Shown: positions 18,401-28,625, counted from the first letter of the stretch. The stretch: DNA of 58,387 nucleotides from Anaerolineae bacterium (GCA_013821665.1 JACDGI010000001.1:1-58387), one strand, 5' to 3'. The notes: generated from the letters alone by a model not told the origin. Made by a program: numbers and translations.

Positions 18401-21400
18401 TTTGGGGATCACTGCTACCCTGTAGCACATAGCCCTGTACCACCCGGATGCGACGGCGTAAACCATCATAGCGATATTTGCTGACAACACTTTCTGGGTC
18501 AGTCATAGCATCGACCTGACCATCTTTGAAGTAAGCGGTCTGCGTGCTATTCCCAACCGGATCGGTGACGCTCACGCGGCGACTGGCGAGGTCATAAGCA
18601 AATTCTGTAATCAGATTGGTATCGTTGTTGTTACCGTTATGCGGTGACATGAAGTCCCATGTGCTGCCAGTTTTGGTATCGGGTGAGATAACCGTGGTGG
18701 TTGTCGTGGCTTTGTATAAGATTTCGCCCGTTACCTCCCGATACAAAGTCGCATAGTTAGCGATACTTCGCAAAACCCGTCCGGCCTTGTCATAGATGGT
18801 GTAACTGGTCGTAGCTAGTGGGTGGCTCGAAGCCTGGGTGGCTGTCAGCCGTCGCCCAGCCTTGTCATAAGTAAAGGCCGTTTGGGTACCACGCGCATCG
18901 CGAGTCGTTACGATTTGTCCCGCTTTGTTGTAAAGGGTCTCGCTGATCAGATTTTGCTCATTATTTGTACCAAAATTGATGGCATTGCCAGCCCCGTCCT
19001 CCCACCGAGAATCGATATCGTCCCAGATCCAATTTGCCGGATCACTGCCTCCCTGGGGAACATAGTTGGTCACACTTTTTAGGCGTCGTCCCAATCGATC
19101 ATAACTGAAACGAGTTTCGAGACCGGCGGCATCACGAGTGCTAACCACCCGTCCGAGCAGATCATAAGTTGTCAGTGAAATCCGGTTTTGATCTTTATCG
19201 GTACCGAAACTGATGGCATTCCCTGCCCCATCTTCCCAACGGCTATTGACAGTACTCCATACCCAGTTGTCCGGGATAGTGCTCCCTTGCACGATATAGT
19301 TGCTAACACTCTTCAAGCGACGACCTACGCCATCATAAACAACCTGAGTCAGGTTATGGCGATTATCAACCGTCTTGAAAATCCGACCTTGAGCATCATA
19401 CTCACTATCATTGATGCGATTCTGGTCGTTATCGCTGCCAAAACTAATGGCATTGCCTGCCCCATCTTCCCAACGGTTATTAGCAGTACTCCAGACCCAA
19501 TCCTTGGGATTGGTTGTCCCTTGTACCAGATAGTTAGCAATGGTGCGGATTACGCGCGCACGGGTATCATAGACGTTGTAGGCCGTGCGGTTTAAAGCAT
19601 CCTGTGTTGATTGCACTTGCCCATCACTGTTATAGGTGGTGCTGCTCACCAAGTCCTTATCCGGCGCACTACTGGGCACGTAGCTGCTGCTGCGTGGGTC
19701 ATTGATACCATTATTAGTAGCGGTACCGACCGCATTCACGATAGTTTTGACCTGCCGTCCCCAACCGTCGTAGCCCATCCATGTCCGTGCACCCAAGCTA
19801 TCTTCGGTATACATGACGCGCCCATTCGGGTCGTAAGCTGTTTGGGTGACAATATCCTGATCGACGGCGCTGTTAGGGCCATAATACGCCAAACTGGGAT
19901 CAGGAGGAACGGCATTGACAAAGTAATTCGGATCGCTGGCTTTCTGGATGACTTTCACCTGCCGTCCGAGCGTATCGTAACCATAGAGGGTCGTTTCCCA
20001 TTGCTTCAGCGGACGATTTTCTAACAGCCGCTTGCTGCGAATCACCCGCCCCAGATTGTCATATTCGGTGGTTTGAATCAGATCGCGATCCGGGCTGAGA
20101 CTGGGTTCGTAATCCTCTGATCGGGGGTCGTAGGCCGCAGTATATGCCACCTCTCCGGGGCCAACCTCCAGCGTGGCACTATCCTTCGCCGCCTGAATAG
20201 TCTTGACAGGACGGTTGAGCGTGTCGTAGATCGTATAGGTAACACTCCCGAGCGGATCAACCACCTTGATGAGATTACCGGCGGCATCATACGTCTGGGT
20301 CGTAATAACATCTTTATCGGGATTGCTGCTGGGCACATAAGTGCTGAGGGTTGGATCAGGTGTCGGGTTAATAACGGTATTATAATCATTATTATAAGGA
20401 TCTTGACTGGCGTTCTGAATGGTCTTAATTAACCGTCCAGCGTCATCATATCCATACAATGTCGTGTTGCCGAAAGCATCCCGTTGGCTTCTGACCATCC
20501 CCCGTGCATTGTAGGTCGTATCGCTGATGGCGTTCTGATTGTTATCTGCCCCAAAGGTAATCGCTGTCGTATTACCACTCGATTTTTCCCAACGGTTATT
20601 GGCGATACTCCAGACCCATAAGCCAGATGACTCAGCAGCCCCTGCGCTTTGGTTCGCATAATTGGTGATGGTTCGAATCACTCGATCCAGTCCATCATAG
20701 AAGGTCAAGCTGGATCGCTCAAAACCCGTCCCCGGTACGGTATAAACCGTGCCTGACCCCGCATCGGTTGTGGTTTTGACCCGACGACCCAAAGCATCAT
20801 ATTCATAGGTCGTGACCTTGTTCTTATCAGGGTTAGCCGGATCGTACATCGCTTTAGCCGCAGCTGGTGTAGTTGGGGCTGTCACATTTTCAAGGCTGCA
20901 CACACTGGCTACAACCTGCCCTAGTTCATCATATACAGTATAAGAAAATTGGCAGCTGCCAAACAAACTGGTTTTTTGAGTCTTGATGACCCGTCCAGCA
21001 CTGTCATAGCTGTAGAGTGTTGAGGTAGTAATACCCGGATTGAGCTGATCAGTCTGGGTGATACTATCCAGCAGTCCATTGCTATTTCCAGATGTCCCAT
21101 AAGTGCGTGTGGTTCGTTGCAGTACAGTGCCGTCTGCCGTGTTCAACTGGGCTTCAAACAGTGTTCGTCCCTTATTATCATAATGGAATTCTTGCCATTG
21201 CAGCAATTTGAACACGTCGATTATATGAACCGAATCGACATAGAATTCAGCGGGGGCTACACTCGCCACAAACTGGAGTTTATTGCCGGTTACGGTAGTG
21301 GACGGTGTATAGACTGACCGCAGTGTTTGCCAAGAACCTATGCCACTGGATGTCTTGTCAAAAGCGCTCGTGCCTGTGACTTGCATCTTAACCACACCAC

Positions 21401-24400
21401 TGACTGGATAGACCCGTGCCATGATGAGATAGGTACGGTTAGCCGCCCAATCCCAGGCAACACCCTCCATACCTTGGGCCGCACTGGCGATGATCTGACG
21501 GGCATAACTACCGCTGTCAATTTGAGTTGTTGAACGTACGTTTGTGGGTGTTCCCACATTCGTCCAATTACTGTCGATTTCCATGCCGCCGTTAACGGCC
21601 AATTCAGCACCGATTTCAGTAATGGCAACGCTGTCAACATACCATTCGGCTGCCGCACCGCTGGCCACAAACTGAAGCTTCAGACCGCTCGAACCAGCTG
21701 TAGGGGTATAGGTTGCACGTAAGGTTTGCCACACAGCGAGTACATTACTCGACTTGTCAAAAGCAGTTGTTCCAGTGGCCTGCATCTTGACAATACCGCT
21801 GACCGGATAGACCCGAGCCGTAATCGCATAGGTACGATTGGCAACCATATTCCAGGCTGCCCCTTCTATACCCTGTCCGGAAGCAGTAGCGACCACGCGC
21901 CGTGCATAACTGCCTGTGTTCGCCCCTACAATTTGCTCTTGCGTGCTGGGTGTGCCGACCGAAACCCATTTTTCATCGATTTCCATATCCCCGTTGCCAA
22001 TGAGTTCTACCCCCGCTTTCATAATCGATACGCTATCGATATAGAACTCCGCTGCGACACTCCCTGCCACAAATTGTAAAGCGCGGGTGGTCGGTGTCAT
22101 GGATGTGGGTGAAAAATGGACAATTTTGAGTGTTTGCCAGCGACCGATCTCAGTGGTCGCCTTTTCGCTATTGGCATCGGTAATCCCCGGCACCTGCATC
22201 TTGACAATGCCGCTGACCGGGAAAACCCGCGCTGTAATGGTATAAATCTGATTGGTTATTTCAGTCCAATTATTACCGATAATCCCTTGGTTGGCCGCAC
22301 TGGCAACTACATGCCGGGCATACACACCGCTGTCAACCCGCCCATTTGAGCGTTCATTGGTGGTCGGCGTACTCAAACTAGCCCAATCACTATCCAGTTC
22401 CATGCCACCATTGACAGCCAATTCAAGACCTGATTTTAGGATAGAAACACTATCCACATAAAACTCTGCCGCCGCTCCGTTTGCCACAAATTGCAGTTTA
22501 TTTCCAGTTAGACCGCTGGTCGGGGTATAGACAACTTGGACAGGACTCCAAACCCCTATAATGCTAATCACCTGGTCAAAAGCGCTTGTGCCCGTCACTT
22601 GCAGCTTGACTGCCCCACTGACCACATAAACCCGCGCGGTTAAGGTATAGGTATGCCCGATTTCCAGATCCCAAGTGTTGCCTTCCATCCCCTGCCCCGC
22701 AGCGCTGGCTACAAGATGGCGTAGGTAACGACCCGTTTGTGCAGCAGGTGTACGCTGATTGCGGCTGGGTGTCCCCACATTCGTCCAGGTTGTGTCCGCT
22801 TCCATACTGCCGTTGACCGCGAGGTTATTGTTATCATCCACCAGTATAAATGCCGGTTGACGGTTGGCGGCATCATAACCGTAGACCGTCTTACGCCCCT
22901 GTGCATCCACACTCGCGAGCAACCGATCACTGCTGTCATAGCTAAAAGCGGTATCCTGCCCCATTGGATCCGTCACACCATTTAAGGATTTCCCGGTACT
23001 ACTCCAGTCCAGTTGAGTCACATTACCTTTTGCATCACTCACATTGCTGGCACGGTAATTAAGATCAAGTGTCTGACCCGTCAATTCACCGGCTGGATTA
23101 GATGGGCCAACATAAGCGCCATTGGCAAAATAGTGATTGGCCGTCTTTCCAGCGAGGGTTTCAGTCGTTAAGTTGGTATCATTCTGAGCAAATACAAAAT
23201 CGGTTACTAATTGAGCATCGCCGCGTTTTTGCTGTAAGTTCTTCAGACGACTGACACTCACACTGTCCACATAGACTTGCGCATTACCACTGCCCGGCAT
23301 GGCCGACGTGACAAACTGAAGACGCCGTACTTGGGCATCACCCGATGGACTATAGACCAAGCGCAAGGTTTCCCAAGCCGATGTACCCGCCTGACTCTCA
23401 TCCGACAAAACGGTTCCTTTAACTTGCATTTTGACCCGACCAGCGACAGGATATACACGGGCAGTGATGATATAGACCCGACCGGGAACGAGATTCCAGT
23501 CATCACTTTCAAACCCCTGTCCAATCGCATTACTTTCGAGATAACGCGAGTGGGTTGCGCTATCGAATTGAACCGTCGATTGTACGTTGAAGACCGGTGT
23601 CCCAACCGCATTCCAGTTGGTGGTGCTTTCCATGTCCCCATTGATCGCGAGTGCTGTGCTTTCTAGGGTATACCCCACCTCTTCTAGGGCAATACTGCCA
23701 TCTGCCACCCCATCGCCACTCGTATCCACTGCTGGTGAAAGCCGTTTCAGTAGAAAATTCAACTGCTGTGGATCGGTTTGCCCTACACCATTCGTCTGAC
23801 CGTAATAATCATATATCCAAGTGTAATTGTTACCGCGAGTATCACGCACACTAGACAACAGCGCTAATGCCCCGGCCACCGCACTGCCGTTCAATTTTTC
23901 CGGGGTATAGGCCAATTCAATATAGCGTCCACTCGGTGTCGTATTACTTAAAGTCGCAGCCGCTGTCTGATCGCCCACCCGCCATAATTGGCGCCGCTGA
24001 TAAGGATTGGGATCGGTGTCGCGAATATAGACGAATTTCAACAACCGCCCATAGCCATCATCAATTTGGTTGAGCTTGCCATCTAAGTCTGCGCCATCCG
24101 CAGCAACATAATAATTGTAAGCCCAGCTTTCTCCGCTTGACCAAGAGCGGCGCTTTAACTGTAATGTCGTGCCATCAAAGGCCAGTTGGCTTTTATCTTG
24201 AGCCGTCAAAATGTATTCAGTATGGGTCGCATCATAGTCCAATACCGAGGTTGAACCGACCACCGCATCAAAATGATTAGCGCTGCTCTCATTCAGTTTT
24301 ATACTCCCCCCTTCAGGGAGATAGACTTCTGCGTTGCGGGTTGGCGAAATCCCGGATAGGGTGAGTTTGTAGGCGTGGTTATGCGACCATCCCAACCCCA

Positions 24401-25046
24401 TGAATTGATACTGGGCATGATTTTGTTTGCTCTGGGTATAGGAACGGGTGAAGCTCAAACTTCCGGCTGGGGTTGTAACTTCCAAATCGGTTCCTGACCA
24501 TGTTTTATCACCTGTCTGGAGCTTAACCGGGTTTGGTGACTTGGCGGCCGCGTCCTGACAAAATGGACATTCACCATCCTGTATTGGAACACCCGGTGCA
24601 TCGATTGCAATGAGTACTGTAAAGCCGCCGCGATTGTCATAATAATAAGTCGTTAAATCGTTAACGGCTAAACTTAACTTCCCTGACGAAGTAGTCTCAG
24701 TACTTATCACCGTTTTATCGCGAAATTTGCCTACTGAAAAAGGTGTGGCGCCACCAATTTGAGCAATAAGTTGACCCGGAGGAGCAGTCGTGCAGGTCTG
24801 ACCGCCCCAATTTGCAAAGAGTGAACACTGCCCACCGCTTCCAACTGAGGCACAGCCATTGGGTCCCACCCAAGGCATTGCCCAAGTACCTTCCACATTA
24901 TACAAATGGATCTGTCCGGTGGCGACTATGGTCAGCCGTTGGTTGATGCCAACCGTCAATCCGGTATCGACCCAGGGATGTTGATTCCCTGAACTATCTA
25001 TCGTCCCTTTGGCACTAACTTGTACAATTTTAAATTGTGGTGTCAT
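15480..25046 (-). CDS. rhs: Giant Rhs/YD-repeat polymorphic toxin (3188 aa) with a HExxH metallopeptidase-like C-terminal tip supplied by the transposon
   Basis: N-terminal lectin-like WVDTGL domain; NPV..TG..LSFTRSY..GLGWSH pre-Rhs domain; five NGxME carbohydrate-binding-like repeats; many YD repeats; core QYDPYG...FTGE...LYLRARYY...FASLDP...NPVNLLDPSG; tip VVLHELWHTTQ...GEIDSY. Confidence 0.95.
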   Translation of the reverse strand: MTPQFKIVQVSAKGTIDSSGNQHPWVDTGLTVGINQRLTIVATGQIHLYNVEGTWAMPWVGPNGCASVGSGGQCSLFANWGGQTCTTAPPGQLIAQIGGATPFSVGKFRDKTVISTETTSSGKLSLAVNDLTTYYYDNRGGFTVLIAIDAPGVPIQDGECPFCQDAAAKSPNPVKLQTGDKTWSGTDLEVTTPAGSLSFTRSYTQSKQNHAQYQFMGLGWSHNHAYKLTLSGISPTRNAEVYLPEGGSIKLNESSANHFDAVVGSTSVLDYDATHTEYILTAQDKSQLAFDGTTLQLKRRSWSSGESWAYNYYVAADGADLDGKLNQIDDGYGRLLKFVYIRDTDPNPYQRRQLWRVGDQTAAATLSNTTPSGRYIELAYTPEKLNGSAVAGALALLSSVRDTRGNNYTWIYDYYGQTNGVGQTDPQQLNFLLKRLSPAVDTSGDGVADGSIALEEVGYTLESTALAINGDMESTTNWNAVGTPVFNVQSTVQFDSATHSRYLESNAIGQGFESDDWNLVPGRVYIITARVYPVAGRVKMQVKGTVLSDESQAGTSAWETLRLVYSPSGDAQVRRLQFVTSAMPGSGNAQVYVDSVSVSRLKNLQQKRGDAQLVTDFVFAQNDTNLTTETLAGKTANHYFANGAYVGPSNPAGELTGQTLDLNYRASNVSDAKGNVTQLDWSSTGKSLNGVTDPMGQDTAFSYDSSDRLLASVDAQGRKTVYGYDAANRQPAFILVDDNNNLAVNGSMEADTTWTNVGTPSRNQRTPAAQTGRYLRHLVASAAGQGMEGNTWDLEIGHTYTLTARVYVVSGAVKLQVTGTSAFDQVISIIGVWSPVQVVYTPTSGLTGNKLQFVANGAAAEFYVDSVSILKSGLELAVNGGMELDSDWASLSTPTTNERSNGRVDSGVYARHVVASAANQGIIGNNWTEITNQIYTITARVFPVSGIVKMQVPGITDANSEKATTEIGRWQTLKIVHFSPTSMTPTTRALQFVAGSVAAEFYIDSVSIMKAGVELIGNGDMEIDEKWVSVGTPSTQEQIVGANTGSYARRVVATASGQGIEGAAWNMVANRTYAITARVYPVSGIVKMQATGTTAFDKSSNVLAVWQTLRATYTPTAGSSGLKLQFVASGAAAEWYVDSVAITEIGAELAVNGGMEIDSNWTNVGTPTNVRSTTQIDSGSYARQIIASAAQGMEGVAWDWAANRTYLIMARVYPVSGVVKMQVTGTSAFDKTSSGIGSWQTLRSVYTPSTTVTGNKLQFVASVAPAEFYVDSVHIIDVFKLLQWQEFHYDNKGRTLFEAQLNTADGTVLQRTTRTYGTSGNSNGLLDSITQTDQLNPGITTSTLYSYDSAGRVIKTQKTSLFGSCQFSYTVYDELGQVVASVCSLENVTAPTTPAAAKAMYDPANPDKNKVTTYEYDALGRRVKTTTDAGSGTVYTVPGTGFERSSLTFYDGLDRVIRTITNYANQSAGAAESSGLWVWSIANNRWEKSSGNTTAITFGADNNQNAISDTTYNARGMVRSQRDAFGNTTLYGYDDAGRLIKTIQNASQDPYNNDYNTVINPTPDPTLSTYVPSSNPDKDVITTQTYDAAGNLIKVVDPLGSVTYTIYDTLNRPVKTIQAAKDSATLEVGPGEVAYTAAYDPRSEDYEPSLSPDRDLIQTTEYDNLGRVIRSKRLLENRPLKQWETTLYGYDTLGRQVKVIQKASDPNYFVNAVPPDPSLAYYGPNSAVDQDIVTQTAYDPNGRVMYTEDSLGARTWMGYDGWGRQVKTIVNAVGTATNNGINDPRSSSYVPSSAPDKDLVSSTTYNSDGQVQSTQDALNRTAYNVYDTRARVIRTIANYLVQGTTNPKDWVWSTANNRWEDGAGNAISFGSDNDQNRINDSEYDAQGRIFKTVDNRHNLTQVVYDGVGRRLKSVSNYIVQGSTIPDNWVWSTVNSRWEDGAGNAISFGTDKDQNRISLTTYDLLGRVVSTRDAAGLETRFSYDRLGRRLKSVTNYVPQGGSDPANWIWDDIDSRWEDGAGNAINFGTNNEQNLISETLYNKAGQIVTTRDARGTQTAFTYDKAGRRLTATQASSHPLATTSYTIYDKAGRVLRSIANYATLYREVTGEILYKATTTTTVISPDTKTGSTWDFMSPHNGNNNDTNLITEFAYDLASRRVSVTDPVGNSTQTAYFKDGQVDAMTDPESVVSKYRYDGLRRRIRVVQGYVLQGSSDPQNWVWDTNAWKQTVGGTLIVHGVNSTDNDQNIIIDVTYDKGGRVLTQREPLGNVTTYVYDFLDRRKTLIKPITISPPVTQTWRTAYTDLTGGKSRVTMTYPGITGSSSYLVSRDFDRMGRLQKVQYNESGTFVTPDVVMTYDDAGNRAKMSEYFATTLKRETQLTYDKVHRLKQAAFNSDNTDNLGTIDESVAYEYDAGGLRTKLTLPGSLNVVYTYDQRGQLVSLTDWDSHKTQFAYDNVGRHIATERANRLRSRYQFDAAGRLRVLRHTKDFQTLAHFEYRVDKRGNRIQALEALANYGTGTTTIASTDKGLLLSGTWSDVSGYKENTQAASSLKLMFFGNEATLSMGQGPDHSIYDVYINGTLWQSFDGYAAVAAQRDIVVSMDVDGRKLQGEGPHLLEIRNRVEKNKISTGNKVRFKQLTVTRTWTQQTIGYTYDKLSRLKEARYNPGVNAAALDAELNYHFKYVYDRAGNRTQQYYRYTNPPYSNTVNYNYNAANQLLNDQNYNYGYDANGNRDTILPSSTYASWDRANRMVIGPPGNMIYDGQGNRVKQTDGVNATAYLLDMQPGLAQTLAETLNGTAVTRFVHGPHGIHAQKDATNNWEWMLQDGLGSVRVVVDNNGNVLESRQYDPYGGGFGTTGTNQTSYNFTGEQQAGNTELLYLRARYYATNGGAFASLDPFEGTACTPMSLNRYMYVQGNVTNDAVGELINGYNYVGGNPVNLLDPSGMSVQLSQLLSSGTCALNLPDLEKEFWTCEGEHCQEWLDDAYALLRNTSGYYSNGAANLFDLIGRSTSTPINISFTQDLGGGTALRPYRVTVDKGYLADKRCTDTASNCSNFAEHIGVVLHELWHTTQGIHRFSTQGEIDSYIFEGKLRQDFGFSNTSFFQSLYNFGTPGNVTNDVCELCRARTCLMDYAYSIAGASGAYQVYASEPLAYVTIELGNWSPIRSTPPLQTIWPFACYFCPDTSCPA

Positions 25047-25198
25047 CTTTTAATTCCTTTTAATTTGTTTTTGCAAACTTAAAACTAGGGTTGGTTCTTA
25101 CTGTTTGACCAACCCGTAATGATTTCTCTCTAAGATTAAAAAGCTGCTGGCATAGTCTTGGACTCATACCAGCCTCTGTGTTATAAAGTTGTTCTAGC

Positions 25199-25528
25199 CT
25201 ATTTTCCGCCCTCAGCGGGGAATTGCGCTTTTAGGCTGTCCCTTATAGCCCCTAGAGCCTTCATCTTCTCTGGATGATCATCGAAGCGTTCTTGCAGAAA
25301 GGCTTCCATAAAATCCTCTACGGTGAATGCTTTGAGATAAGCATCCCGGCGCTGCTCTTCAATGCTGGGATTAGGATCATGTTTCGCTAGAACAGCCTGT
25401 GCCTGTTTTTTCTGCGCGGCTGTGGCTTCCGGTAAGAAGTCAATCCGGGGTGGATCGGTATCCGCTACACCTTCAATTGGAATACCCGCTTCTACTAATT
25501 CACGATGCAGTTTTGCTACATTAATCAT
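25199..25528 (-). CDS. Hypothetical protein, phage-tail-associated-like
   Basis: 109 aa, AGGAG RBS, directly downstream of the tail-fibre-like gene. Confidence 0.7.
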   Translation of the reverse strand: MINVAKLHRELVEAGIPIEGVADTDPPRIDFLPEATAAQKKQAQAVLAKHDPNPSIEEQRRDAYLKAFTVEDFMEAFLQERFDDHPEKMKALGAIRDSLKAQFPAEGGK

Positions 25529-25544
25529 TTTTATTCTCCTTAAA

Positions 25545-27134
25545 TTACAATATTACGCTGCCATTAAGGCCTGACGAATACGCGCCCGCAGCTAAACCAA
25601 AATAGATGGCTGAGCCAGCAACCCCACGCCCATTCTCAATCCATTGATAGTAGTGGTAGCCAATAGCTGGTTGGTGAACCAGTTGACCGGATAGATCCCC
25701 ATCATTGGCGATATTGACATACAGATCAGCGGAATTCGCCGTTGTGGTATCAATACCAATACCTTGCGTGATACCTGCACCCGAACCCGTCAATCGGCAA
25801 ACAAGATTGAGATCAAGCGCCGGTCCAACGTTACCAATGACCACCTCTGCACGGGCTGTAGCATCCGCATTAGCAGCTCGCCACGCGTTGGTGGCATAGG
25901 TCCATGAACCTACCGCAATACTGACAAAGAAGTTGCGTATGAAACGGTTGTATTCGTTGTAGACCAAACGCTTTTTCTTGCTGTCCTCAGTTTGACCTGC
26001 TGCCACTGTGCGGATCGTGCCTAAATAACGTCGCCCCAGCGCTCCAGTCTTTACATAGACCCCATCCTGCTTCACCAGTGCCGTTGCGCGCACCGTGCCA
26101 CTCGTCCAAGCCAGCGCTTCCAGTGTCAACGTTCCGGCATTGTCGTAGACAAAAATGTCATAATTGGTCGCAGCCAGCAGCCCGGTCAGCGACAAACTAC
26201 GTTCGGTGAAGCTGTATAATACCCAAGCACTACCGTTATAAAGCGTAAGCTGATTGCCTCCCAAGGGGGTGAAATACAAAGTCACTGCTGCGGTTACGTC
26301 TGCGTTCGTCACTGGCACACCCGTTGTCAGTGTCAACCGTCCATTACAGATGCTAGGCAGCGGACTGCTCCCGCCACCACTGGCGGCAGTCAGGTCATAC
26401 TCCACACCATTCCAATCCTTGGCATACAACTTACCATCTGATTTGGAATAGATCCGTACAAAATCAGTCGCAGGTGTACCGGGTGTGGCTGCCGGGCGCT
26501 TGACCTCCATATAATCTTCCAGATGCACTGGACCCGGGCCTTCTGTATAAATTGAGAATGGATTGGTGATCGTCCCCGACAGCTTAACCTTCAAACCAAT
26601 CGCATCTGTAATCGCTTGGCTCGACGCATTAGTCACAGCAACTTGCAAACCAGTTGCCTTAGGAAATGCTGCGGCATTAGCAAGCGCATCATTGATAACT
26701 TCGATGTCTGCCCCTCGCACCTCAGCCCCAGCCGAGCCAGCGACGGTACTCTTGTTCGAGGCACGAACGCGTAAAGCGGTATGCAAGGCACTAATGGCAC
26801 TCGCGCCGGTCAATTCCAACTCGCCCACCATCCACTGCACTAGGGCATTAAGCGTGCCAGTCACCTGCCCCAACGAATGAATACCCCGTTTGGGTTTACT
26901 GGTCGAGGTATCGAACCGGTGAGCTTCTATGAGACTATCTGGGGTCTGTGCTGTGGCATCATCGTCGCCCACAATCAGTCGGCCATCGCCCGTGACTTGG
27001 GCAACTGTATTGCCTGCACTGTCTTCCCATGTCTGAAGCTGCTGAGTCTGGGCCGTATGCCCTTGTACCCGAAGCTGTTTAATATCCTGCGAACCATCCA
27101 CCAATACATTGTCTGAAAATGTTGTCTGTGTCAT
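25545..27134 (-). CDS. Phage tail-fibre/virion-structural-like protein
   Basis: 529 aa, GAGGAG RBS; beta-rich Gly/Ala/Thr composition; ICNGRLTLTTGVPVT.ADVT...LYFTP, NYDIFVYDNAGTLTL, RRYLGTIRT and YNEYNR resemble phage tail-fibre segments. Confidence 0.6.
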   Translation of the reverse strand: MTQTTFSDNVLVDGSQDIKQLRVQGHTAQTQQLQTWEDSAGNTVAQVTGDGRLIVGDDDATAQTPDSLIEAHRFDTSTSKPKRGIHSLGQVTGTLNALVQWMVGELELTGASAISALHTALRVRASNKSTVAGSAGAEVRGADIEVINDALANAAAFPKATGLQVAVTNASSQAITDAIGLKVKLSGTITNPFSIYTEGPGPVHLEDYMEVKRPAATPGTPATDFVRIYSKSDGKLYAKDWNGVEYDLTAASGGGSSPLPSICNGRLTLTTGVPVTNADVTAAVTLYFTPLGGNQLTLYNGSAWVLYSFTERSLSLTGLLAATNYDIFVYDNAGTLTLEALAWTSGTVRATALVKQDGVYVKTGALGRRYLGTIRTVAAGQTEDSKKKRLVYNEYNRFIRNFFVSIAVGSWTYATNAWRAANADATARAEVVIGNVGPALDLNLVCRLTGSGAGITQGIGIDTTTANSADLYVNIANDGDLSGQLVHQPAIGYHYYQWIENGRGVAGSAIYFGLAAGAYSSGLNGSVIL

Positions 27135-27311
27135 ATTGTCTCCTCAAAATAGTTGCTTTCGTAAAAATGGTTCCTGACGTTTCTTTGTTGTCTTCACCGT
27201 ATCGTTACATCGTTTCCCTCCTTCCTTCTCCTACCCTGTTGGGTAGAAGAGAGATGACGGATGGGCTCGTCCAGACGGGACAAACCTGTCCAAGTCTGAA
27301 GCGGAAGTTGG

Positions 27312-28172
27312 CTATTCACTATCACTATGCGGCAGGGCTTTATTGACCAGATACCCGGCATGACTGATACCCAACAGCGCTAACATTCCGCCGTCGATCA
27401 CCGGCAAAGCCAGAACCGGTTCTGTGTTTTGCTGAAACAAAGTCGAGAGTGCCGAGGCGTAAGCCAGCACCAGAATCAGCGTGAAAAAGAACATTTGCAC
27501 TTTGCCCAAATCGAGCTGGCCGACATTGCTGGTTTCACTGCCCTGAAACATATCGGCCCAGCGTGCCGTTTCTGGGGCTTGATTCACAACCAATTGGCCG
27601 ACTATCGCGACTTTATCGGTATCCACTGCCTGTCGTGTCAAGGCTTCCAACGCCCGCTGTTTATCTGGTTCATTGGACTCACGGGATTTCTTGGTACTCA
27701 AGATGAGCGGTGAGCCTATCAGCGAGGTGATTGAAATTCCCATCAGCAGCCATAAATCCGGTGGAATCGCGATGGATAAGGGTTCAGGTCGTTTCAGATC
27801 GACGTTGACCATTACCCCTGTCAAATAAGCCGACAGAATCAGGACCGTCCAGAGAATCATCTGAAAACGGGCGAGACTGACTTTGTTACGAGTGTCGATG
27901 AACAGTCCCAACCATTGGCCGGTGACACCATTTCCGGCGATGATCCCAAACAGCGCCAGCAACAGCATGATTGCCAACCACATCCACAGACGGAAACTAG
28001 CTGGTACAAACCCTTCCATGCCGACCAAAACCATGACAATTACGATAAGACTGATAGTGTGCCCAAGCTTCCACGGTGAGATGGATGCTGCCTCCACTGC
28101 TGTTGCATTCAGTACGCGTTGAACATCGGGATCATTCGTCATTTCAGCCACTTCTTGTTCGACGATAGGCAT
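27312..28172 (-). CDS. Multi-pass membrane protein of unknown function
   Basis: Start re-called at ATG 28172 (AAGGAG RBS); internally duplicated SLARFQMILWT...LLMGIS / DLGKVQMFFFT...LLGIS helices. Confidence 0.8.
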   Translation of the reverse strand: MPIVEQEVAEMTNDPDVQRVLNATAVEAASISPWKLGHTISLIVIVMVLVGMEGFVPASFRLWMWLAIMLLLALFGIIAGNGVTGQWLGLFIDTRNKVSLARFQMILWTVLILSAYLTGVMVNVDLKRPEPLSIAIPPDLWLLMGISITSLIGSPLILSTKKSRESNEPDKQRALEALTRQAVDTDKVAIVGQLVVNQAPETARWADMFQGSETSNVGQLDLGKVQMFFFTLILVLAYASALSTLFQQNTEPVLALPVIDGGMLALLGISHAGYLVNKALPHSDSE

Positions 28173-28364
28173 TCTCCTTCCTCCTTGTTCAATTAGAAAT
28201 AAATCTAGTTCCAACAAATTTAAGTACATCTGCGGCCATCAGACTGTGAGCGGGGCGCTGCCGTTATGCGTCCTAAATATTGGATTGTTCTGTAGAGGAC
28301 TAACGGCAGTTCACCACTTACAGAAAACAGAATAGCACCGATGTTCTTCCAAAAGGCGATAAAA

Positions 28365-28625
28365 TTATCGGATATTTTGATCGCTTTTTTCCCTCCCACT
28401 GTCCCTTTGGGGCGTTTTGAGCAATCGAATCCCACGTGCCAGACCCTCTTCACGGATCAGCCAGCCCCACTTGGCTAACTTGTCCAGATGACGCGAAACA
28501 CTCGACTGGGCTAAGAAGCACTGTTCGGCGATTTCTCGCTGTGTCGGCACAAACCCATGTTCTTGTTGATAATCCCAAAGGAATTGATAGACAGCATTTG
28601 TGGTTTGATGGCGTTTAGTTCCCAT
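28365..28625 (-). CDS. LexA-type DNA-binding-domain-only protein
   Basis: VYQFLWDYQQEHGFVPTQREIAE...SSVSRHLDKLAKWGWLIREEGLARGI matches the LexA winged helix; no peptidase domain. Confidence 0.85.
   Translation of the reverse strand: MGTKRHQTTNAVYQFLWDYQQEHGFVPTQREIAEQCFLAQSSVSRHLDKLAKWGWLIREEGLARGIRLLKTPQRDSGREKSDQNIR

Noticed and set aside
16295-24640. Numerous 60-160 aa alternative-frame and antisense ORFs within rhs (likewise within tnpA and the STAND gene)
   Set aside because: Shadow ORFs of long genes with no motifs or RBS support
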